Positions 1 through 64,000 of a DNA stretch of 64,000 nucleotides are shown piece by piece. Source of the DNA: Leucoraja ocellata (Eukaryota); assembly GCA_036785375.1 (NCBI GenBank), contig JAWMAR010000136.1:186001-250000 (forward strand), read 5' to 3'. Positions within the stretch are counted from its first letter, which is position 1, and every line of letters starts with the position of its first letter. The notes under the pieces are model-generated. The model was not told where the DNA came from, did not search any database, and saw nothing but the letters and a program-made list of their open reading frames with translations. Made by a program: the position numbers and the translations under genes.

Positions 1-2261
1 CTGTCGAGGGAGATGGACAGTCAATGTTCCAAAACATCAACTGCCCATTACTGTCCACAGATGCTACCCGACCCACTAAGTTCCTGCCACAGATTTTTGA
101 TGCCCGTTGTAAGGATCTCAGCTGCAAAATCTCATGCGCCCCAATGACACCTAATTTTCCCAACAAAGATTCAGTTTTATCCACCTCTCTGTCAAGTCTT
201 AGATTGGGCCAGAGAACCTGGCTATAGGTGTGTTTGTGAAGTATTTTGGAGAAGATGGCATCAAACCGCCAGAAATTCTACCCATCCCTCCCACCACCCC
301 TGACACATTGGCTGAGTGCTGCCATCACAACATCAAGTGTATGGGGACTGATGTGTGAAGATGGGAAGGTTGCCAGTGCACTCAGCAGCAAGTGACTTCA
401 CCAATCTGGCCATCCACAGCACTCAAGCAAGTTTAATGCCGTCAGTTTATGGCAGTAACTACAGATCAGAGGATCAGGCATTTTACCAAACAAAGACATC
501 AGCTGTATTGACACGCTGGTCAAATACAGTTTATGCAAAATGAGGTGCATGGGGTACATTTGAGAAATAAATAAATACTCTTTTCAGAGCCATACCTATA
601 AAACCACAGCTTATGATTATTCAAACTTATGCCAAAGAAAGATGAGTTCATACTCTATGGTGTGGAGTAAATTCAAATATTAATATTCTACACACGTGTT
701 AGAGCAGTGACTGTTGATTTATGGTACCCCAGAGAGAGGATGCTCCTTGAGAGAGATGACTCTGATTAGTACGTTTCAACAAGTACCTTGCTTTGACTGG
801 TGTGCAGTCTGTTGAATTGATGCGTGATCTGGCCCTTCACAAAAATTAAAAACTAGGCGAGAATGGAGCTCAGCTTTCTGGCAATGAAATGGAGCATATT
901 ACATTTTGCTTCAAATAATTACAGATTAAAGTAGTTAATTGCGATAATCACATTGTACTAAGCCATTTATTTTCAGGAACATTATAAAATATATAGCATC
1001 CTCAAGTTTGGAACATCCAAAATGATTGCATCTGCACCTGAGTCTTGGGACAGCATTTCAGAATTTACCCTAAGGCCCAATAATTATCAAATGCTTAGTA
1101 ATTGCTGACACTCTGATTCTAGTTGGGGTGTGTTTAAGAATGTGGCCTTTTGATATGATTCTAGTCAAGCTAGCAAATAATAAATGGAGCAGATGGGGGC
1201 TGGATCAATTTGTTTGTCACATTAGGAAATAACAGACTGCCTTATTTTTCATTGCTCATAATTTAATGGAATATGCCAGATTACATGTCTTTAAAATATT
1301 GCACTGGATTAAGGCTGGAATGGCTGAATACCTCAAAGATGAAAAATTGCTCTTTACTGCTCCTCCTTTTGTCGGTCTATAATTTATATGGCCTCTTTCT
1401 TAAGTAGATGTAAAACTGTGCACAGAATTGGAAATATCAGATCTTTATGCCTGTGAAGATGCAATAATTACATGTTCTATGTTCTATAAGCAAATTCTGT
1501 AGGTGGTGTCAATGTCTGCATATTTGAAATGCTCTGTTTGAACCTATTGTAATCGAACAATAACCCTTTCTGGCTTAAGCCCTCCCTTCACCACCTCCAG
1601 TTTAAATTCCATTTGGAATATTTTGGAGGACCATGAAACCAAGAACCAAGAACAGGACTAGATTATTAAGCCCCTTGAGTGTGGTCAGTCATTCATTTAG
1701 ATCAGAGCGACCCAAACTCTGAGTGCAGCAACTTCCTGATTAGGCTGCTGAAGGACGTTTCACACTTTAATAATCAGAACCACCTTTATTTGTAGTAAAA
1801 CTGGCCCTTCTTATCTCCAAGGAGAATTGACCAGAATGAGGAAGAATCAGGTACATTATTAGGATGGGAGGTTGAATAGATGATCAATGGTAGGGGATGG
1901 TCGAAGCATTAAGATGAGATCCAAATATTTGGATTGCTGGTGCATTGGTCCATTGGGGCAGATGTAGGTAGTCAGACATGATTGGAGATGGGGGCTGTTG
2001 GGACTGCTATTTGCGAAACAGTATATGATAATGTTTGGTGTGATGGAGCTGAAGACGTTAGCAGTGATGGTGTGAGTCCAGACGGGCAAAAATAATGGAA
2101 TGGTAAAGAAGGAAGATGGACACATTGGCCTGTCAGGCAGTGGCCTAGCACCTCTGTATCTAGTAGCAATTTGGTCACAATATTCTGGTTAAGACCTGGT
2201 TCACTCTACAGCCTATGATTTTCAATGTGGAGCTGAAAATGTCCCTCTACTATTGGGTTTA

Positions 2262-2577
2262 ATTTGGAGATACAGCATGTAAGCAGGCCTTCCAGCCCAC
2301 TGAGACCATGCAAACCATCAACACCGGTTTACAAACTTGTTCAATGTTATCTCACTTTCTCATCCATTCTCTACATACTTGGGGCAATTTACAGAGGCCA
2401 AATAACCTACAAATATTCATGTCTTTGGAATGGGAGAGGAAACCAGTTCACCCGGAGGAAACCACGCAGTCATTGTGAGAACGTACAAACTTCTCATACA
2501 GCACCCGAGGTATTGAATCCAGGTCTTTGTCATTTTGAGGCAAGCTGCTCTACTAGTTGCACCTCTCTGCCGCCATG
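2262..2577 (-). mobile_element. HE1/V-SINE-type tRNA-derived SINE
   Basis: tRNA head, central ggtttcctccgggtg motif, CR1-like tail. Confidence 0.8.
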
Positions 2578-2629
2578 AACTGCACACCTTTGATCTGTGT
2601 TCATTTATGCCTTTATCCAACAGAAAGAT

Positions 2630-2863
2630 GAGTGATAGACACAAAGTGCTAGAGAAACTCATTGGGTCATCAGGCAGCATCTCTGGAAAAAAATGATGGT
2701 TGACGTTTTGGGTCGGGACCCTGCTTCAGCTCAGGGTCTGAGAGGGTCCCAACTCGAAACGTCACCCATCCGTTTTCTCTAGGGGTGCTCTCTGATCCGC
2801 TGAGTTACTCCAGCACTTTGTATCTATCTTCGATATATATCAGCATCAACAGTTCCTTTCTAC
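2630..2863. mobile_element. Inverted pair of Penelope-derived repeats with 10-bp TSD
   Basis: Minus copy 2636-2730 abuts plus copy 2731-2863; ACAGAAAGAT at 2620 and 2864. Confidence 0.75.
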
Positions 2864-3363
2864 ACAGAAAGATATGGGTCTTGTCTTGAAAATATATGCA
2901 TCCAAAGCCTTTTGGAAAATCAGGTCTGAGTGCACATTGGAATTGAAAGAACAAGTTAGTGTTGATTCAACATCTAAATAGTTTATGTAATATTTAGATT
3001 ATACCTCTTTAGTGGCCCATGAATTATATCCTCCTTCTGATATCTTACAACAATAACTATTTTGCATGTTTGACCCTAGAAAATGAATGTAGTACTGTTG
3101 CAAGAAGGACAATACTGGTTGAGCCTTATCTAACATCCTCACTTTCGAGAAACAATGGCTAGAAGTGGTTGTTGTGGATGATTTTCTCAGACCGTTGATT
3201 TTATCCCTTTACGTATCTCAGCAATGACCATAGACTGAATGATGAAAGAGCAGGCTCATATTTACTTGAGCCAAGAGGTTATTCTGCTCAAATTAGTGGC
3301 AGTAATGCCAGTGCATGTTATTGAATGAACTACATACATAATAAATACAACTGCGGTGCAAAT

Positions 3364-3638
3364 AGACACTAAATGCTGGAGTAACTCAGCAGCTCGGGCA
3401 GCATCTCTGGAGAGAAGGAATGGGTGACGTTTCGGGTCAAGACCCTTCTTCAGAAACATCGCTCTTCAGAGATGCTGCCTGTCCCGCTGAGGTACTCCAG
3501 CATTTTGTGTCGATCTTCGGTTTAAACCAGCATCTGCAGTTCCTTCCTACACTTGCTGCCTGACCCGCTGTGTTACTCCAGCATTTTGTGTCTATCTTCG
3601 TTACAAAACCAGCATCTGCAGTTCCTTCCTGCACATTG
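3364..3638. mobile_element. Inverted plus tandem Penelope-derived repeats
   Basis: One minus copy followed by two plus partial copies; GGTGCAAAT at 3355 and 3639. Confidence 0.75.
3426..3453 (-). ncRNA. Minimal hammerhead ribozyme motif (intact core)
   Basis: Reverse complement reads CUGAAGA A GGGUC UU GACCC GAAA CG UC. Confidence 0.65.
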
Positions 3639-3824
3639 GGTGCAAATTGTGTTCAAATTTGTTTTATGAATTTGCTGTTGTCCATTGAGACAACATTTTC
3701 ATATTTCACACCATTATAGAATGGCATGTTTTAATGGATTAATTTGCACGTTCATAAATTCCATGGCCATCTTTATACCAGCTGAATAGTTCCTGACACT
3801 CCCTCTTCTTCCATTTCCTATAAG

Positions 3825-4143
3825 GTAAGAGGTAAAGAAGTCTCAAAGTGCATACCTCCAGATTCAGGGACAGTCTCTTCCCAGCAATTATCAGGCAACT
3901 GAACCATCCTATCACCAACTAGAGAGTGGTCCTGACGTACTATCCTCCCCATTGGAGGCCATCGGACTATCTTTATCGGACTTTACTGAACTTTATGTTG
4001 CACTAAATGTTATTCCCTTTATCCCGTATCTGTACACTGTGGACAGCTTGATTATAATCATGTAATCTTTTCGCCGACTGGATAGCACGCAACAAAAAAG
4101 CTTTTCACTTTACTTTGGTACATGTGACAATAAACTAAACTAA
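3825..4143 (+). mobile_element. Rex1/Babar LINE 3' end
   Basis: ccagattcagggacagt...cccagc, 3' UTR ending gtgacaataaactaaactaa; second copy at ~28960-29191. Confidence 0.75.
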
Positions 4144-5603
4144 TTAGTCTCATATGAGCTGTGAGCTGCTCTTTGGGCTCCACATGATGGAAAGCTGAAA
4201 TAAAAAATAAAGACAAAGATCAGGCATTACTTAGCAGGAATGTATTGCATAGGGTTTGGACCTTTCAGTATCATATCCTAGTGGACTCATTACCACACTA
4301 AAAGCTAATGTCATTTCTGTTTATGGATTGTTCGTAGTCATTTTATTTCTTGCTGATATTTATCATATTATTTTTTGCATGACTGTTCTTCAGTCGTTGG
4401 CCCAGAATATACTTGTTTGCGGCAAATTGCTTAGCTTTGCAATTCATTTGGCATTTCCTACTTTTGAAAGAAAAATATTTTCAGTGGAGGCAAACAAGAT
4501 AAGTTCATATACTAACCTATGCAAATCCCTGATATTTATTTTTCATGAACTTTCCCAATTCATTAATTGAACCTAACTATTCATTTTTTCAGTCCATTTA
4601 ATTAACTTTAGCAATTCATTGATTGTTCTGGTTGATTGATTTCCTTATCATTGTACAGCTCCATTTCATTGATTTTACTGATCCAATTATAGTCCCTAAA
4701 TTTTAATATCCCTAATTTCAGATCCCATTCCATTTGATTTGCCCAAGCTCTTTATGGGCCTTATATGTTCCCTGTCAATTGTTCCCATTCACTGACTTAA
4801 CTCTTATGTTACAGGCATTTGATTTTTCTAATCATTGATGGGTCCCTTCCATTAACTTCTGAATTATTTGAATATGCATCAAAGGAAGCCTATTTCATAA
4901 CCTGTGCTTCATAAAGCAATTACCAATGTATGTAATCTGCTGCTAATTATGTTCTTGATTAGTACGGGTGTCAGGGTTTAAGGGAGAAGGCAGGAGAATG
5001 GGTTTAGCAGGGAGAGATAGATCAGCCATGATTGAATGGCGGAGTAGACTTGATGGGCCGAATGACCTCTAACCTCTAATGACCTTATGACCTAACCACT
5101 TATGACCTCTAAAACCTTCTGAAGGTGGCAACACCATAATATCTTAGTGATCGACTCTTTCCAAGTCACCCCAGACAACCTGGAAAATAACCAATGTCGC
5201 TAGCTTATAAAAATATTCAAGGAGAAGGTAAAATCTGGAGTCCCTTCTATTGTAACCAGAATATTATTTGTACGTTCGAGAATGTTCTGATTTTAATGAG
5301 TGGAAATGGTTCTTTTGTGCTAAATTTCAGATTTATGTTTCCATTCCTCCTATGAAGTCAGAATGTTGTTCAAAACAGCTTAATCTTATGCAGAAGATGG
5401 GAGGATGTCTTTCCAATTGAACACCCCCTCTAGCAGAAATTTAAGTTGTTGCTAGTGTTGCAGATCGTGTTTCAAACACAGCTTTTTGTTGTGCAGTTTC
5501 ATTTTTATTTTGTTATCTTTATACCTTGAACCATGCCTGTATTGTAAAACCGAATCTTATATCTCCTTTCTCTTTTTCTCTATAACTTTCCATGTTCCAT
5601 TAG

Positions 5604-58740
<53,137 letters not shown>

Positions 58741-61700
58741 TGGGCATTACCAAGGCCGAAGAGGGAATTGTGTGCAATATATGTTATGTACAAATTATAT
58801 ATATGTTATATATATAAAAAGACACTGGAACTGCAGGCTGAGTTGGATCCCCAGGATTGCGAATCAGCAAATTCACGATTGACAAAACCAAGATCCTGCA
58901 CTGATTTACAGAACTACTGAAGCATTGTGGAAAAACAACAATCACACTAATCTGCCTACACACTCCTGTTATAAATCCTAGAACATTGTACTGTAAGTGT
59001 AACATCTCACAAAAGCATGTAATAATCTGTAAACTATCTCTTTTATGGAAGATATGTAACTGAAGTACCATGTGAACGTTGTTTAAAATAAGGTATTCAT
59101 CAACAGATAGGAGTAGGCTGAGGGTCTTGAAACTGTTACCAGTTAATTCTGCCTGCAGAAACATCAGATACATCTGATTTAAGATTAACACAATTAATCC
59201 AATATATTGATTCTGGCTCAGTGAATGGTTAAAGAAACTGTGAATATCTATATTGATAAAACTTGAAGATTTTCTAAGTTACAAGTGAAAAGTTACTGGA
59301 ATCCTGATGCAACTGATTTAGTTATTTATTATTGTTAAAAACAGTCTAAACAATCTATCATAGGCAGGTCCAAGAATATATCGAGCGACAGCATGTTTCT
59401 GCTCTGTTACCCTCACTGCAGCATGTTTAAGAGTTGCAGATTGCTCATCTGAGCATGTGTGAAGCCTGCTAATGAAGCATTCCATCTTTTACGATGAAAT
59501 GTTATCAGTTTGTCAGGGATGAGTATCATGATCAGCATTGTTAACATATAGAGGCACCTACAGGAGAAGAAGAGACCCCCTGAGAAATGTGATGACATGT
59601 TTTGCTGTGCTGCAGGGTATGCCATGCCATCTAATCAATTTGAAGTTCAACGTTGTATGATGAAAAATTGAACATTTATAGACTATAATTGTCCCGGACT
59701 GAAAAAAATTGTGATTTCAATTTTCCTGCAGTTTAAAAGGAAAATATTGAAACATTCGTCTTAAGGATCACTGTAGAATTTGATTCGCAGATCAGGCAGG
59801 ATCTTATTAGATGCAATGCGATTTTTGAGTGTTATGGCATTTGATGATATCTCTTATTTGAAAAACAGGGAAATTGTGCTGTGCACATGCTAAATGAGTG
59901 TATGACAGATGCAATATTTAGTGACCAAAATTCAATGTTGTTGCCTTATTAGAACAGAAATCCAGGCAGTTGTAAGTGTAAAAAGATGCATGCTTTGTGA
60001 GGGTATAGTGGCAGAATTGATGAAACCAAGTGACCGCAGTCAAATAGTTTAATCCAGTCAACACTGAACTAGTGCATGCAGGCGCTTTAACTATTGGTAG
60101 GTTTTTTTTTTTGCATTAATAATGCAAGAATAAAATGGATTTAAAGTGAATTTCAAAGATAAATACAGACTGTTAAAGTACAATCTTTAGACATGGGTCT
60201 GTGAAAATTGGTGCTCATGAGTGAGCTCTTTGGTATGAACAAAAGATCAGCTACTAACATAGTCCAAGAAAATAAATATTTAAATAGTTTATTTATAAGT
60301 GTATTGTGTCAGGACTAATGTGTGAACTGATTGAATTGGAAGTTATGGTGTAAGGATTAACAGATGGAGAATTACCTCTTCATTTTGTTCAAAGATTGAT
60401 CATTCAGCCATGATAATTCTTTTTAATGAAAATCCCTGAGCTCTTTTATTTAAAATTGGTGGGCCAAATTGGAGGGAGTGTGGGGAATTCTGGCGTCTTC
60501 AAACAAAATAGTTTGGATAGATTTCATGCTCCTCGGTATGAAATTTGTGGCAACAAACACTATGTATTTCACAGGCAGCTGTATTACTTTCCAGCATTGT
60601 AGATTGCATTTGGAATATTTACTGGTCATGTGAAAACTGATAATGTCAAAGTTGTCCAATAATTTCTGAAATGAAAACTCCACAATTTAGATTTATTAAA
60701 AAAGACATGAACTCCAGTAACTAACCATTGCAAATGCACCTTATGTTAGGATGTAGCTGTCTGGACAATTATTTGATAAGTGATACAGCTGCCAATATTT
60801 ACATTTTCAATAGTCAGAAAAAGTAAGATTTGATATCAAATATGAGGTGCTTTTAATATGACTGATACAACATTTTAAAAAGAAAAGATTACTTTCTAAA
60901 ATGAACAAACCTTTCTATTGGTCAGACATTTTTGCTGCCAATCAGAAATTTAGTAATATTTAATCCATTAAGATGAGATGTGAATAGCCAGTTATTTGAC
61001 TGCATATTAAATTGTGTGGGCAGGTATGCCCAAGTGCACTATTTTCACCTAAGAACTGAATTTTTCAGTGCAATGGATTGTGTAGACCATAATAGTTTGT
61101 CTTAAGGACACAACCATTGTGCGAACCATGTCCCTGATCTGCTTAAATCGATGGGAGTATTGAGAAAGGCGGTGTCTAATTGTTATATAGATTTTGGATG
61201 GCAAATACTGACAAATCCACTTCTAACTAAATTATGGCATCATATTTTCTTTAAGCAGGTCATCCTCCTTCAGTGTTGCATTCACTTTTGTTTTTTTGTT
61301 GTTGTACATTGCTTCTACACTCAACAAAATAGTAGAATCATGATCCTTTGCAGAATGCCACTGATCAGATTCAGTAGGCTGTGTTTGTGATGTCAATCAC
61401 TCCATATATAGCATCATGTTGATGAGTACAGGCTTTCCTTTTTGTGCTATAGTAGTAACTTATTTTTTTTTAAACTCTGGATTACACTTTTGTTGCCTTT
61501 AATATTTAATTTCATTTTTTCAGTTGATGTTATGAGATTCAAATATAGAACATAGATTTGCACTGTAGAAGAAAAACATGGATATCGTGATGCTGTCTAG
61601 CTGCTCGTACTCATTTTATTTTTATTCGGTGCTTGGTATGGTATAGGATTGCCAGAATATAATGAATTGAGTTAATATTTTGTTTTTGAATTAGCTAATA

Positions 61701-64000
61701 AATATGGCTAGATTTGTTCTTAGTTTTTACATTATGTGTAACACCAAATATCAGTCAACAGGTCAGTTCTGAGGGTAGGTTTGCAAGCCTATAGTGAGTG
61801 AGAGTGTGTATGAGTGTGTGCATGGGAAGGCTAATTTGCACAACATAGAAAATTCAAATTGCTGTAACAGACTACTGGGTTGATAACCCATGAATCAATG
61901 TTTAGTGGACACTGTTGAGCAGCTCAAAATGAAAGCATATTCTCATCAAAACAGAGCAATTATTGTTTGAATATAGATAATGAATCACCTTAGTGAAATA
62001 TCCCTCAACTTTCTATTCAAGCAAAGATTTGAAAATTGACCTATTTGGACTTGCATGGTTTTAAAACATTTTCTAAAGAATACTGTGGGGGATATAAAAT
62101 CCCAACAGGATGTTTGATGAGGATAGTGTTTATATTTACATTCTTATACATTGTTTTATTTCCTTGTTTTAATCTGGATAATGAGTAATAGTTTGGATGA
62201 CCTGGTTGAGGTTTCGTAATTTCTTTTTTTTCCTGTTAACACAATTTTGCCGTTATATAATTACCATGATGTAATAGAGGTGATTAAGTGACACCATGCC
62301 TGAAAATAAGTTGTGACCAAAAGAATTAAGTTTCAAGCAAAGGTTGAAATGATATGAATTTTAGTGAATTTTATTGAAATCACTTATTTCTAAATCATTT
62401 TGTAATCATATGGCACTTTTGAAATATCAATGTATTAATATTGCTTGGAACTAAAATGCAATTGCAGAAATATTGTCCTGATTGAAAATGATACAAGTAA
62501 CGCATATGAATGTTCAAGACCTACTTGTACATATTTATGTTCTTATTTGCTTTCTCTATGTTCCTGGTCATGCATATTGGCTATCTTTATTTCATGATTT
62601 CTATATAGTATGGTTAAACATGATTGAACGCAGCACCCATCAATCATTCACAAATTCAGTGTATTCTGAAATCAGATTACAGTAGGTGTTCCATGTCTGA
62701 TCGCAGAGACAGTTGAGTGGTCAATGGCACTTAATGATTGATGTGTGCCTATAAAATTTGCTTCTTAGCCCTCCAACATAAAGGGCAGGAAGTATGTGTT
62801 CATTGTGAACCAGTAGTGGGTCATAACCCATTGGTAAAGACCAAAAATAATATGCATATGCAATTAAAGGGTCTAATCCCTTGCCGAGGCCTCCACCGCA
62901 GTTGATTTGCCCAAAAGCTACCAGTGCTGGCATTGGCTAAACTTTGGGGAACTAGTTTTTACATGCAGTGCATGAGGTCAGAAAGGAACCATGTATTAGA
63001 CCACAAATGATGAGGGAGGTTTCAAAATATAGTTACTAAATATGGAACCAGTGAGAATAAGATTGCTGCTCCTTAACCTATGTTTAAAGATATGCTAGTT
63101 GTTGTTTTCCCACTCCTAAAATAATTGCTACTTTCTCCCCTCCCCACCCCCCCCCCCTCCCCGATTATCAGCACCACTTCCATCCATAAAAATTGCTTTA
63201 TTTCCAACCTTTCCTCCCCATTTCTCATCTCTACTCTTATTCTTCCAGTCCAGTCATTTCATCATTTAAACAAAGGCTGCTGCTTTTGGTGTGGTGGTGT
63301 GAACAGAAATCTTTCTTCAAGGCCAAATGTAAGTTAGTGTCACAAAGCTCACCAATTCCACCCCCCTCCCCAACTCCCACAAGCCCACGTATGCTCTGTA
63401 TTTGGACATCTGAACTTCTAGACTGTGGACCTTTGGGTCCGTACCATTCCTCCACACATACTAAGCAGTGGTTTTTGTTGCACACCTATTAAACCTATAA
63501 TTCAGGCATTGCCTGTACTGTAGTCATCCTCTTCATTGATTATTACTCAAGGTAAAGGCTGTATTATTGCAATTCCTTTCCCTTGAACTCAAAATTCAAT
63601 ATAGTATTATTTCTGGAAAAAAAACAGCTCATAAGGTTTTACAGTCAGTTACTGTACTAATGTTAAAATGTAAAATTCTGTTTACTGCTCTGCTGTGTGG
63701 TACAAAAAGTAGATTCATAACAATGGAATTTGCTGTTAAATAGTGTTTTTTTGGCCTGTATATTTTCAGCAATCTATGGAAAGCCTTTTTATTAAACTGA
63801 CTAGTTTTACAAGACATTGAACAATGATCATTTTACTGTATACAAGATTTGAAAATGTGAATATGATAATAATATAATTTAAGAGAGACAGGATCTGCCT
63901 CAGTTTGCAATCTTTTTTTTGTATTTAAATAATGCAAAGAATCAAAAGTACAGGCAATTCTCACAGAGGTTGTGTTCCTAGATAACAGCCCATGTTGTTA
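58741..64000 (+). other. GRAMD1B: Probable long 3' UTR of GRAMD1B
   Basis: Follows the stop codon; AT-rich; no recognisable TE, unlike the introns; AATAAA at 60129 and 60271; true end not determinable. Confidence 0.6.

Overview
Vertebrate genomic DNA. The repeat families suggest a cartilaginous fish, most likely a skate or ray (inference). The window holds most of a + strand GRAMD1B/Aster-B sterol-transport gene: 17 exons from 27563 to the stop at 58740 splice in frame to 649 aa covering the GRAM, VASt/ASTER, TM and coiled-coil regions. Upstream are several frame-compatible alternative N-terminal exons (5604, 14328, 18979, 26886). A 12-nt microexon lies inside the TM helix, and a long, apparently TE-free 3' region follows the stop. 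The introns are dense in transposon debris: CR1/HER1, Rex1/Babar, L1 and RTE LINEs, HE1-type SINEs, Tc1, Tigger-like and Harbinger-like DNA elements, Gypsy, and Penelope. The most striking non-coding signal is a ~130-bp Penelope-derived repeat at about 20 loci. It carries a minimal hammerhead ribozyme motif (CUGAAGA-A-stemII-GAAA-CG-UC) and occurs as TSD-flanked monomers and inverted pairs. All family assignments come from manual reading and recall; no database searches were run.
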